Assembly: GCA_016208235.1 (NCBI GenBank)
Contig: JACQYN010000118.1
Span: 11,891 to 75,890, forward strand
Reading direction: 5' to 3'
DNA length: 64,000 nt
From: Deltaproteobacteria bacterium
GTDB lineage: Bacteria > Desulfobacterota > Desulfobaccia > Desulfobaccales > 0-14-0-80-60-11
The translations under genes were made by a program, and so were the position numbers. The notes below the pieces were generated by a model. That model saw only the letters and a program-made list of their open reading frames with translations. It was not told the origin of the DNA and ran no database searches. This document shows positions 17,262-26,613 of the stretch, in pieces. The number at the start of each line of letters is the position of its first letter. The stretch's first letter is position 1.

Positions 17262-18278
17262 ATGCCCCACCGTTTCCTTACCGACCTGCAGGAAGGGGAT
17301 GCCATCCACCAGTTCTTGCTGGTGCGCCGGGTGGAGACCCGCATCGATAAATCCGGTAAGCCCTACCTGGCCCTGGTCTTAGGCGATCGCAGCCGCGACC
17401 TCGAAGCCCGGGTCTGGAGCGACGTCTTAGCCAAATGCCCCGGACCCTTCACACCCGGCGATTACGTGGGTGTGCAGGCCCAAGTGAGCAGTTACAAGGG
17501 CGAGATTCAGCTAAGCGTCCAATATATCAGTACCGTGGAGGCCTTGCGGGAGCGGGGCCGGGAACTCAAAGAGTTCGACCCGGAGCTGCTGCACCGGGCC
17601 ACTCCCTATGACCGTGAGCAATTGTGGCGGGAGCTGTGGGAGTTGGCGGAGGCCCACCTGAAGACGCCCTTAAAGGAGTTGGTGCTGGGCTTGCTGGGAA
17701 AATATCAGGAGGAACTGCTGGTCTGCCCCGCGGCCCGGGTCTATCATCACCCCTATCTGGGAGGCCTGCTGGAGCACACCTGGTCCGTAGCCCGCCATGC
17801 CCTCCAGTCTCTAAGCGTCTATCAGGACCTGCATCCGGACCTGGTCCTGGCCGGGGCCATCCTCCACGATCTGGGCAAAGTCAAAGAACTGGCCAATCCC
17901 CAGGCGCCGGACATCACCGTGGCCGGCGCGCTCCTGGGCCACATCGTCCTGGGCTGGGAAATGGTGCGGGAGGAAGCCCGGGCCCAAAACTTCCCTGACC
18001 CCGCCTTGCTCCTGGAACTGGAGCACATCATTCTCTCCCACCACGGTAGTCAGGAGTTCGGCTCACCGGTCCCCCCCAAAACCCGGGAGGCGATGCTCGT
18101 TTTTTATCTGGACGACCTGGACGCCAAACTGAAGATGATGGACATGCACCTGGAGAGCGATAACACCGCGGGGGATTTCACTAGCTATCACCGGGTCTTG
18201 CAGCGCGGGCTGTATAAAGGGGGAGATCGGTCCGAGGAAGAACCCGCTCCAACCCCGGAATCAAAAAAAAATAACTAA
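17262..18278 (+). CDS. OB-fold plus HD-domain phosphohydrolase (YhaM-like 3'-5' exoribonuclease family)
   Basis: Start at ATG 17262 after GGAGGGA. N-terminal OB fold (KSGKPYLALVLGDRSRDLEARVW). HD motifs HHPYLGGLLEH and ILHDLGK. Confidence 0.8.
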   Translation: MPHRFLTDLQEGDAIHQFLLVRRVETRIDKSGKPYLALVLGDRSRDLEARVWSDVLAKCPGPFTPGDYVGVQAQVSSYKGEIQLSVQYISTVEALRERGRELKEFDPELLHRATPYDREQLWRELWELAEAHLKTPLKELVLGLLGKYQEELLVCPAARVYHHPYLGGLLEHTWSVARHALQSLSVYQDLHPDLVLAGAILHDLGKVKELANPQAPDITVAGALLGHIVLGWEMVREEARAQNFPDPALLLELEHIILSHHGSQEFGSPVPPKTREAMLVFYLDDLDAKLKMMDMHLESDNTAGDFTSYHRVLQRGLYKGGDRSEEEPAPTPESKKNN

Positions 18279-18419
18279 GAATGATTATCTTATAAGAATT
18301 CTCCTCATGTGAACTTGACATCCCCCAAGTCTATTCTTAGCTTAATTCTCAGGTAAAGGCGAGGCTGCAGCGGCAGGGTAGTCCTGGCCAGCGCAAGTTA
18401 TCCTTCAAAGGAGGGCAAC

Positions 18420-18899
18420 ATGTTTAATAAGATTTTGGTTCCGTTGGATGGTTCTGAACTGGCTGCTAAGGTCCTCCCCAAAGTTACAGAGATGGCCAAG
18501 ACCTTCAAAGCCCAGGTTACTCTGATTCATGTCTGCTACACTCCCGCCATCGGCGAAACCACGCCAGAGACCATGAAAGCCGCGGCAGCCCACGAAGAGA
18601 AGTGGTGCGCCACCTTCCTCGGGAAGGTTGCCGGCGATCTTAAGGCCCAAGGATTGGACGTCAAGACCGAATGCGTCGAAGGAGTGCCGGCCCGGGAGAT
18701 CATCCACTATGCCGACAAAAACAACATGGACCTCATTGCCATGACTACCCATGGCATCGGCGAAGTGGCCTGGGTCTTGGGCAGTACCGCGGAAAAAGTG
18801 GTTTCCCATGCCACGGTGCCGGTGCTGCTGTTCAGGGTTATTGAATTCAAGCCTCCCTTGCTGAAAGAAGTTTATTACACCACACCCGGCGTAGGTTAA
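18420..18899 (+). CDS. universal stress protein
   Basis: MFNKILVPLDGSELA N-terminus and C-terminal GSTAEKVVSHATVPVLL motif typical of UspA. Confidence 0.9.
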   Translation: MFNKILVPLDGSELAAKVLPKVTEMAKTFKAQVTLIHVCYTPAIGETTPETMKAAAAHEEKWCATFLGKVAGDLKAQGLDVKTECVEGVPAREIIHYADKNNMDLIAMTTHGIGEVAWVLGSTAEKVVSHATVPVLLFRVIEFKPPLLKEVYYTTPGVG

Positions 18900-18935
18900 T
18901 ACTTCTGCGCAATTTACCCAGACCTGAATAATAAC

Positions 18936-18975
18936 GGGGGACCACCGGTCAAGCCCAGGGGGTCCCCCTTTGTTT
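18936..18975 (+). terminator. rho-independent terminator after the usp gene
   Basis: GGGGGACC ... GGTCCCCC stem followed by TTTGTTT. Confidence 0.65.
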
Positions 18976-19068
18976 ATTCAAAAAGCATTTTCCAGGAGGG
19001 GCCCAGAGGCTACCCCAGGTGAGACGCGTGTGCCACTGGCCCCTCGCACACCAATCTTTTCCACAATT

Positions 19069-20484
19069 TTAAGGCCGCAGCGCCAGAAGGCGGAGTTCCG
19101 TGAGTTCCTCGACGGCGTAACGCACCCCTTCCCGGCCCAGCCCCGAGTCCTTGACCCCGCCGTAGGGCATGCTGTCCACCCTAAAGACCGGGCCGTCGTT
19201 GATGATCACCCCCCCCACCTCCAGGGTCTCGAAGGCCTGCCAGGCGTGGGCCAGGTTGTTGGTGAAGACCCCGGCCTGGAGCCCGTAACTGGAGTCGTTG
19301 GCCAGCTCCAGGGCCTGGGCAAAATCCCGGCAGGGGGTGAGGGTCGCCACCGGCCCGAAGATTTCCCGGTTCCAGACCTTCATCTCCCGGGAGACGTTTT
19401 CGAGCACGGTGGGGGGCATGAGGTTCCCTTCTCCCAGGCCGCCGGCGGCCAGTGTCGCGCCTTCGTCCAGGGCCTCTTGGACCCAGGCCCGGACCCGGGC
19501 TGCGGCCCCGGGCTCCACCAAGGGGCCTACCACCGTGTCTTCTAAGGCCGGGGCCCCGGCTTTGATCTCCCGGGATACGGTTTCCAGGAAGATTTTCTTA
19601 AACTCCTCGTACACCTCCTCCACCACCAACAGGCGCTGCACCGCGATGCACACCTGGCCCGCGTGGGCAAAAGAGCCGATCGCGGCCCGATTCGCGGCCA
19701 ACTGCAGGTCGGCCCCCGCGTCCATGATGCACGCGGCATTGCCCCCCAGCTCCAGGATGACTCGCTTTTTTCCGGCCACGTTTTTCAGGTACCAGCCCAC
19801 CGCGGCGCTGCCGGTGAAAGACAAAGCCCGGAGGCGGTCGTCGGCCACGGCCCGCTCTGCCACTGCCGCAGTGCTGGGAAGGACCTGCAGGCCGCCGGGG
19901 GGCAGGCCCGCCTGGTCGTAGATCTCCGCCAGCAGCAGCGCGGTGAGGGGCGTCTTGGACGCGGGTTTGATGATAATGGGGTTGCCCGCGGCCAGGGCCG
20001 GGCCTACCTTGTGGGCCACCAGGTTGAAGGGGAAATTGAAGGGGGTAATCCCTAGGACCGGCCCTATGGGAAAGCGCCGGGTGAGGCCCCAGCGGCCTTT
20101 GAACGCGGCCTGCACATCCAGGGGGATCACTTCCCCGCCGATCCTCTCCGCCTCTTCCGCGGCCAGGGAAAGGGTCATCACCCCCCGGGCCATCTCCGCC
20201 CGGGCGTAGGTGATGGGTTTGCCGCCTTCGGCCATAATGGTCTGGGCCAGCTCCTCCTGGCGGGCCTTGACTCCGGCCACCAGCTTTTCCAGGATTTGGC
20301 GGCGCTCCAGGCTGGAGAATTTGCGCATCACTACCGCGGCCTCCTGGGCTGCAGTGATGGCCGTTTCCCACTCCGCGCCCCCGGCCAGGCAGACCTCCCC
20401 CACCACTTCCCCGGACCAGGGGGAGAGGACAGGGAGGCTGTCTTTGGTTTCCACCCAACGGCCAGTGATGAAACAGCCTTTCAT
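19069..20484 (-). CDS. NAD(P)-dependent aldehyde dehydrogenase
   Basis: Start trimmed to ATG 20484 (MKGCFITGRW); the track extension MSLRLCVRKKGG is repeat-derived. ALDH motifs FTGS, ELGGNA and catalytic-Cys region GQVCIA. Confidence 0.9.
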   Translation of the reverse strand: MKGCFITGRWVETKDSLPVLSPWSGEVVGEVCLAGGAEWETAITAAQEAAVVMRKFSSLERRQILEKLVAGVKARQEELAQTIMAEGGKPITYARAEMARGVMTLSLAAEEAERIGGEVIPLDVQAAFKGRWGLTRRFPIGPVLGITPFNFPFNLVAHKVGPALAAGNPIIIKPASKTPLTALLLAEIYDQAGLPPGGLQVLPSTAAVAERAVADDRLRALSFTGSAAVGWYLKNVAGKKRVILELGGNAACIMDAGADLQLAANRAAIGSFAHAGQVCIAVQRLLVVEEVYEEFKKIFLETVSREIKAGAPALEDTVVGPLVEPGAAARVRAWVQEALDEGATLAAGGLGEGNLMPPTVLENVSREMKVWNREIFGPVATLTPCRDFAQALELANDSSYGLQAGVFTNNLAHAWQAFETLEVGGVIINDGPVFRVDSMPYGGVKDSGLGREGVRYAVEELTELRLLALRP

Positions 20485-20502
20485 CGTATCCCCCCCTTTT
20501 TT

Positions 20503-20575
20503 TCTCACGCAAAGACGCAAAGACACAAAGAAAATAAATGCTTTGCGCCTTTGCGCCTTGGCGTCTTTGCGTGAG
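20503..20575. repeat. hairpin with 8-nt periodic arms (CGCAAAGA)n, second copy
   Basis: tctcacgcaaagacgcaaagacacaaag ... ctttgcgcctttgcgccttggcgtctttgcgtgag. Abuts the aconitase stop (20576-78) and lies 19 nt before the ALDH start. Confidence 0.9.
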
Positions 20576-22501
20576 CTATCCTTTCTTTGCCATATTCAGC
20601 GCCCCGCCCACGGCCAGCATCCGCCGCTGCCGCGCTGAGAGGTCCAGCCGCACCCAGATTTGGTGGCCATCCACTTTCAGGGGCAGGCGCTCCGCGCCGT
20701 CCAGGAGAAGTTTGCGCACCCCGGGAAGTTCCAGGGTTTTACCCAGATCCAGGATGTCGTAGTCAGCCGGGTTTTCAAAAGTTAAGGGCAGGATGCCGAA
20801 GTTGATGAGATTCGCCAGGTGGATACGGGCGAAGCTCTTCACCAGTTTCACCCGCACTCCCAGGTACCGGGGGGCCAGGGCCGCGTGTTCCCTGGAAGAG
20901 CCTTGCCCATAATTCTCGCCCCCAACGATGGCCCCTTCCCCCCGCCCCTGGACCCGGTCCGGGAAATCCCGGTCCAGCCGGGTGAAGGCAAAGCGGCTGA
21001 TGGCCGGGAGATTGCTCCTAAGCGGCAAAATCTGGCTGCCCGCGGGCAGAATGTCGTCGGTGGTGACGTTGTCCCCGGTTTTCAGCCAGACTTCACCGCA
21101 CCAGGAATCCGGCAGGCCGGACAGCCTGGGAAAGGCCACGATATTGGGGCCCCGGATCACTTCCGCCTTCCGGCTCTCCTCCGCCGGCAACGGGGCCATC
21201 AGGCTGCGGCCGTTCACCAGGAAATAGCGGGGCGGGGCCACTCGCGGATAATCCCCCAGGTTCCGGGGGTCCATAATTTCACCGGAAATAGCCGCAGCCA
21301 CCGCGGTCTCGGGGCTGGCCAGATAGACCTGATCGTCCTTGGTGCCGCTTCTGGCGGGAAAATTACGGGTGAAGGTGCGCACGCTCACCGCGCCGGTGGC
21401 CGGGGCCTGGCCCATACCGATGCAGCCCCAGCAGCCCGGAGGCATCACCCGCACCCCGGCTTTCAGGAGCGTCAGCAGCCCCCCGGAGAGGTCCAGGTTT
21501 TCCAATACTTGCAGAGATCCAGGATTTATTTCCATGCTCACCCGGGGATGCACCCGGCGGTCTTGCAAGGCCCGGGCAATGACCATCAGGTCCCGGAAGG
21601 AAGAGTTGGCGCAGGAGCCGATGAGCACCTGGTCCACCGGGGTACCCTCAGCTTCCTTAACCGGCACCACGTGGTCCGGAGAGCCCGGGGTGGCAATGAG
21701 GGGCGAAAGCTCGCCCAGGGCAATTTCCTCCACCTGGGCATAGCGGGGCCGCCCCTGGGCCTTAAGGGGCCGGTAATCTTCGGCCCGTCCCTGGAGCGCC
21801 AGAAAGCACTGCGTCTGGGCGTCCGCGGGAAAGATGGAGGTGGTGGCCCCCAGTTCCGTCCCCATGTTGGTGATGGAGGCCCGCTCCGGCACCGCCAGAT
21901 GGCGCAAAGCCGGGCCGAAAAACTCCAGGATCTTCCCCCGCCCCCCCTTCACCGTCAGGCGCCGGAGCAACTCCAAAATCACATCCTTGGCCGACACCCA
22001 GGGCTGGAACCGCCCCTCCAGCCGAACGCCGATGACCTCCGGCATTACCAAATAAAAGGGCTGCCCGGCCATGGCCAGGGCCACGTCCAGACCCCCGGCC
22101 CCGAAGGAGAGCATGCCCGCGCCCCCCGCAGTGGGGGTGTGGCTGTCCGAGCCGATCAAAGTCTTTCCCGGAATACCAAAACGCTCCAGGTGCACCTGGT
22201 GGCAGATGCCGTTGCCCGGGGGCGAGAAATACAGGCCATACTTAGCGGCAATGGTCTTCAAGAACCGGTGGTCGTCGGCATTGCGGTAATCCGTCTGCAA
22301 CAGATTGTGATCCACATAACTCACCGACAACTCGGTCTTGACCCGCTCCACCCCCATGGCCTCAAACTCCAGGTAGGCCAGGGTGCCGGTGGCGTCCTGG
22401 GTCAAAGTCTGATCAATCTTCAAGGCCACCTCCGCGCCCGGAACCAACTCCCCGGACACCAGGTGCGCGGCCATGATTTGTTCCACGATGGTCTTTGCCA
22501 T
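20576..22501 (-). CDS. aconitate hydratase (short ~640-aa aconitase family)
   Basis: 641 aa. IDQTLTQDATG, GSDSHT, cluster-ligand regions GSCANSS and CWGCIGMG, and C-terminal swivel domain GENYGQGSSREHAA. Confidence 0.9.
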   Translation of the reverse strand: MAKTIVEQIMAAHLVSGELVPGAEVALKIDQTLTQDATGTLAYLEFEAMGVERVKTELSVSYVDHNLLQTDYRNADDHRFLKTIAAKYGLYFSPPGNGICHQVHLERFGIPGKTLIGSDSHTPTAGGAGMLSFGAGGLDVALAMAGQPFYLVMPEVIGVRLEGRFQPWVSAKDVILELLRRLTVKGGRGKILEFFGPALRHLAVPERASITNMGTELGATTSIFPADAQTQCFLALQGRAEDYRPLKAQGRPRYAQVEEIALGELSPLIATPGSPDHVVPVKEAEGTPVDQVLIGSCANSSFRDLMVIARALQDRRVHPRVSMEINPGSLQVLENLDLSGGLLTLLKAGVRVMPPGCWGCIGMGQAPATGAVSVRTFTRNFPARSGTKDDQVYLASPETAVAAAISGEIMDPRNLGDYPRVAPPRYFLVNGRSLMAPLPAEESRKAEVIRGPNIVAFPRLSGLPDSWCGEVWLKTGDNVTTDDILPAGSQILPLRSNLPAISRFAFTRLDRDFPDRVQGRGEGAIVGGENYGQGSSREHAALAPRYLGVRVKLVKSFARIHLANLINFGILPLTFENPADYDILDLGKTLELPGVRKLLLDGAERLPLKVDGHQIWVRLDLSARQRRMLAVGGALNMAKKG

Positions 22502-22538
22502 AACTTATCCCTTCGGAAAATTTGATGTTGGATTTTTA

Positions 22539-22725
22539 AGTGGTCAGTGGCCAGTGGTCAGTTAGAGAGCTCTGAAAAAGTCTTGTCTGTCATCCTGAGC
22601 GAAGCGAAAGATCTCGTATTTGAGAGATTCTTCGGTCGCTCCGCTCCCTCAGAATGACATAAAAGACCAATTTTACAGAGGTCTCAGTCTTTTTTCTGGC
22701 CACTGGCCACTGACCACTGACCACT
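22539..22725. repeat. composite nested palindrome, copy I-b
   Basis: (CAGTGGY)n arms at 22539-22562 / 22696-22725, degenerate GAGAGCTCTGAAAAAG layer, and core GTCATCCTGA...TCAGAATGAC (22589-22658). The right arm overlaps the 3' end of CDS 22684..25395. Confidence 0.9.
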
Positions 22726-25395
22726 ACCTTTCAGCCTCAAAACCTCCTCCCGCAGACCCAGGGTGACGGCGTTAATCTCCGACGCGCCCGGGTCCACCTG
22801 CAGTCCCCGCGCTTTCAGCTCCTCCCAGGAATGCTCCCGGCCGAAAACTACCTGGATAGGATGGGAGCGGGGCAGGGTCGCGCCGGCAGGCCAGGCTTCG
22901 TAGGAGCCTTGAATATAGACCGGCACCAATTTCACCCCCAGTTCTTTGGCCAGGATGGCCGCGCCCTTCTTGAACCGGCCCACCTCTCCGGAAGGGCTCC
23001 GGGCGCCTTCGGGAAAGACGCAGAGCAACTGGCCGTTTCTGAGAATATAAGACGCCACCTGCATGGCCGCCACCACGTTCCGGGACGAGTCCACCGGGAT
23101 GACCCGGATGAGCTTGCTAAGATTCCGGACTACGGGAATATCGAAATACCGGCTGTATCCCATGGAAAAGAGGCGGTCCCGCAACGGCCCCGGCACCGCA
23201 TAAGCAATGAGAAACCCATCCAGGAAACTGGCGTGGTTGGGGCAGATCACATATCCTTGCTTCTGTAGCCTCTCTCCGCCATAGACCTGGAGGTTGAACA
23301 TCCATTTAAACCAACGGCCCAATACTGTCGATAGCCCCTGGGTGGCCATCCGGGCCGCGAGCCCCCCTTCGATGCCCAGGCGCTGGAGTAAGTCCGGCGG
23401 CGGATCAGTCCGGAGAATGGTGTCCCAGGCCGCGATTTCTTCTTCAGGCTCCTTGGCGGCTTCCGGTTTTTTCTCTTCGATAAAGTTGATGAGCTCTCTG
23501 ACCGTGAAGATCCCGGTAAATTCTTCATCCCTGATCTTGAGCTGGAACCGGCTTTCCAGGGCCGCGAGCAGTTGCACCAGGCCCAGGGAGTCCATACCTA
23601 AGTCCAGCTCCAGATGGTCGTCCAGGGAGATGCGGGAGTCTCCAATTTGCCGGGCCAAAACTTCCACCACCATCTCGCCCACGGGAGACAGCCCTTCTTC
23701 TATGGCCGGCTTTTTCTTTTCGTAACGTTGGCCGGCCCGCTCCTGGTAAAGCCGCTGGGCCTCGTGGATCTTGACTTTTCCCAAGCGGGTCTTGGGGAGT
23801 TCTTCGTTTATCAGGATAAAATCCCGCACTCGCTTGTAAGGCTCCAGGCCCTGGGACAACAGTTCCAGATCCCACTTCACCTTCCCGTAAATGTCCGTTT
23901 CTCCGATTTTCCGGAAAAAGTCCAGGTCCGGCACCACCACCGCGGCCAGTTTCTCGGCCTTGGCGTCCGCGGTCACGAAGATTTCTTTGATGGAAGGAGC
24001 CTTCAGGTAGTAATGCCCCACTTCCTCGGCGGAGACGTTCTTGCCCGAACTGAGGACGATGATCTCCTTGATCCGTCCCTGGATGAACAGATAGCCTTCC
24101 CGGTCGAGATACCCCAGATCGCCGCTGTGAAACCAGCCGTCTTTCAGGACCTCCCGGGTGGCGGCCTCATTGCGGTAATACCCGGCCATGACATTGTCAC
24201 CCCGGATGAGGACCTCGCCCACCCCGTCCGCAGCGGGGTTGAGAATCCTGACTTCCACCCCCTCCAGGGGCCGGCCCGCGGACCCCAGGCGGGGAGCCTC
24301 CGGCGAGTTCATGGTGACCACCGGCGCGGTCTCCGTTAAGCCGTAGCCTTCCAGGACCGTGAATCCCAGGCGCGCAAAACCCTCTGCCAAGACTTCCGGC
24401 AGCTTGGCCCCACCGCTGACAAAAAACCGGAACTGCTCCCCCAGGGCGCTGTGGAATCGCCGCAGCAGCGGCTGCGCGGGATTTACCCCCAAAAACCGCG
24501 AAATCTTCCAGGAAATATTGAGAAACCCCAGCAACAGGGGCCGCACCGGCCAGGGGATTTTGTCTATCTGCCTCTGGATGCCGTTATAAAAAAGCTGGAG
24601 CACCTGGGGGGTGACCGCCATGATGGTCACCTGCTGCTCCTTGATGCACCTCAGGATGGCGTCGGGCTTCAAGGTGTCCAGATAAGTGATCTGCAGTTGC
24701 AAGAAAAGCGGCGTGAGAAGGGTGGCGGTAAAAGAAAAAGAATGGGACAAGGGCAGGATGGAGAGAAAGTTGTCCCCCGGCCGGGTGGCGTTGAGCCGGG
24801 TAATGCCCAGGTAATTGGCGCAGAAATTTTTATGGGTGAGCATCACCCCTTTGGGAACCCCGGTGGTGCCGGAGGTATAAATGATGGAAGCCAGGTCGTG
24901 GGGATGGGCCTCAGGCAGAGGTCTGCGACTTGCCTTCGTCTCCAGCAACACCGGGAAACCTACGGTTTTCTCCCCGGCTTTCCCCCCCTCGCCGACGACC
25001 ACGATCTTTTCCAGGAAAGACGCCTCCCGCAATTGGGAGAGAGGGGCCTTGGGAAAGGTGAAGATGATCCGGGCCTGGGTCTCCTGCAGAACATGGTCCA
25101 GGAAGTCCCAGCGGGAGACCGGGTCCAGGGGCACGGCCACCGCGCCCGCCAAGAGCAGCCCGAAGTAGCAGATGCTCCATTCAGGGCGGTTTTCCAGGAG
25201 GATGACTCCCCGGTCGCCTTTTTTCACCCCCTGGGCCCGGAGCCAACGGGCCACGGCCAGGCTGTCCCGGTAAAGCCGGCCGTAGGTGTACTCATGCACC
25301 ATTTCCCCTTCCCGGAAGAGAATGGCCGTTTGGTCGGCAGCTTCTGAGGCCACCCGGGCTAGTTGACCCGTCAAAGTTTCCGCTGCGTCTTCCAT
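22684..25395 (-). CDS. tri-domain fusion: acyl-AMP/CoA ligase, acyl carrier domain, PlsC-type acyltransferase
   Basis: Start trimmed to ATG 25395 (MEDAAETL). AMP-binding YTSGTTGVPKG. PP-binding LDLGMDSLGLVQL. Acyltransferase HX4D motif PNHASFLDG plus FPEGARS. Confidence 0.85.
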   Translation of the reverse strand: MEDAAETLTGQLARVASEAADQTAILFREGEMVHEYTYGRLYRDSLAVARWLRAQGVKKGDRGVILLENRPEWSICYFGLLLAGAVAVPLDPVSRWDFLDHVLQETQARIIFTFPKAPLSQLREASFLEKIVVVGEGGKAGEKTVGFPVLLETKASRRPLPEAHPHDLASIIYTSGTTGVPKGVMLTHKNFCANYLGITRLNATRPGDNFLSILPLSHSFSFTATLLTPLFLQLQITYLDTLKPDAILRCIKEQQVTIMAVTPQVLQLFYNGIQRQIDKIPWPVRPLLLGFLNISWKISRFLGVNPAQPLLRRFHSALGEQFRFFVSGGAKLPEVLAEGFARLGFTVLEGYGLTETAPVVTMNSPEAPRLGSAGRPLEGVEVRILNPAADGVGEVLIRGDNVMAGYYRNEAATREVLKDGWFHSGDLGYLDREGYLFIQGRIKEIIVLSSGKNVSAEEVGHYYLKAPSIKEIFVTADAKAEKLAAVVVPDLDFFRKIGETDIYGKVKWDLELLSQGLEPYKRVRDFILINEELPKTRLGKVKIHEAQRLYQERAGQRYEKKKPAIEEGLSPVGEMVVEVLARQIGDSRISLDDHLELDLGMDSLGLVQLLAALESRFQLKIRDEEFTGIFTVRELINFIEEKKPEAAKEPEEEIAAWDTILRTDPPPDLLQRLGIEGGLAARMATQGLSTVLGRWFKWMFNLQVYGGERLQKQGYVICPNHASFLDGFLIAYAVPGPLRDRLFSMGYSRYFDIPVVRNLSKLIRVIPVDSSRNVVAAMQVASYILRNGQLLCVFPEGARSPSGEVGRFKKGAAILAKELGVKLVPVYIQGSYEAWPAGATLPRSHPIQVVFGREHSWEELKARGLQVDPGASEINAVTLGLREEVLRLKGSGQWSVASGQKKD

Positions 25396-25481
25396 AATTC
25401 CTTGGTGGCACAGGCTTCCAGCCTGTGCATGTAGGTTTTGCACCGTTACACCTATAAGGCGGGCGATGCCCGCCCTACCTA

Positions 25482-26318
25482 TTAAATCGGTTCTATATTC
25501 AATTTATATTTTGTTTCATCAATTATGGCCTGATATAAAACTATTTTTGTAGGATATCTTGAAACCCATTCCATTATCTTTTGCTTATTTTCTGGAGAAA
25601 TTAAAGCACCAAAAATTACGCCGGTTAATATCTCAGGTCTGAAATGTCGTATTCCTGGGCCTCCTTCCCGTTCAGTTTTTATTACCCTCCATTCTTCCTC
25701 ATATTCCCAATGATTTGATTTTGTTAAAAGAGCCTTCTTATATTCTGTTGGTTGATCTGATGCCATCACAAATGCCATCACATTTACAATGGGACGTTCC
25801 TCGCTATAAATAACTTTTAGTGCCTGTCCAAATAATATCATTCCACCAATCCTGGCATCAAGGATTGGGTCAAATTCTATACACAATCCCTTATGCCCAC
25901 TTGAATAATGAGACCACATCAGTATATCATCTTTCTTCTCTGAAAGACAATAAAGACCTGTTGTTTCTAAAAACCTTTCATATGCATTATCAATATGTTC
26001 TGGTCTATCCCTTAATATTCTATTATAATCTCTCATTAGTGCTTTACGAGCCTTTCTGTTATTACATGGCATCATATTCCGCACCCTTGCTCTAATAAAC
26101 TGCTGTCTTTTAAGTCCACTGTTATAAACCGTAAGTTTCGGTCGACATTCAAAGGGGTCGTTAAAATCTATTGGCTTTGGTAAGAAGATTTCTCTTTTTG
26201 TAAATATTCCCTCAAGTTCTTGAGATTCCATTGTACGGTATCTATATAGTTTCCTGATTTGACATAATTCAGGAGTTTTCAACAATTCCTTGATTTGATC
26301 TTCTCTTGTTGTGCTCAT
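25482..26318 (-). CDS. DUF2971-family protein
   Basis: 278 aa in a clearly low-GC segment. DFNDPFE and MWSHYSSGHKGLCIEF motifs characteristic of DUF2971 as I recall it. Confidence 0.7.
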   Translation of the reverse strand: MSTTREDQIKELLKTPELCQIRKLYRYRTMESQELEGIFTKREIFLPKPIDFNDPFECRPKLTVYNSGLKRQQFIRARVRNMMPCNNRKARKALMRDYNRILRDRPEHIDNAYERFLETTGLYCLSEKKDDILMWSHYSSGHKGLCIEFDPILDARIGGMILFGQALKVIYSEERPIVNVMAFVMASDQPTEYKKALLTKSNHWEYEEEWRVIKTEREGGPGIRHFRPEILTGVIFGALISPENKQKIMEWVSRYPTKIVLYQAIIDETKYKLNIEPI

Positions 26319-26454
26319 AAAATAATCTTAGGCATACTGAGGCGGAAACCTCATTAAATTTTATCGATTATTGCTTTAGCTTCCATTTCAAGCACACCCA
26401 AAGGGAAAAGGGAATCCAAGAATCCACTGATGCTTGAAAAATCGGCCGCTTAAG

Positions 26455-26568
26455 TTCCCCCTCCCTTGAGGGGAGGGGGTTAGGGGGAGGGTGGTGGCGA
26501 CTATGGGCAACAAGGGTTCAAAGACGCCACCCCCTCCCTAACCCTCCCCCCTCAAGGGGGAGGGAAAA
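26455..26568. repeat. 114-bp GC-rich palindrome (CCCCTCCC-TTGA-GGGGAGGG ... GGTGGCG / CGCCACC ...)
   Basis: Arms at 26455-26500 and 26523-26568. The right arm differs from the DUF559-cassette terminal repeat at 1 of 40 positions by hand alignment. Confidence 0.9.
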
Positions 26569-26613
26569 AGCGGGATCGCCATTGCTCTGAGGGAATTCCT
26601 TCAATTTTCAGAG

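Noticed and set aside
20819-22525. 568-aa ORF on the plus strand
   Set aside because: It lies entirely antisense to the aconitase gene, which has strong family motifs. Its translation is a low-complexity Gly/Arg/Pro/His-rich sequence typical of antisense frames in GC-rich DNA.
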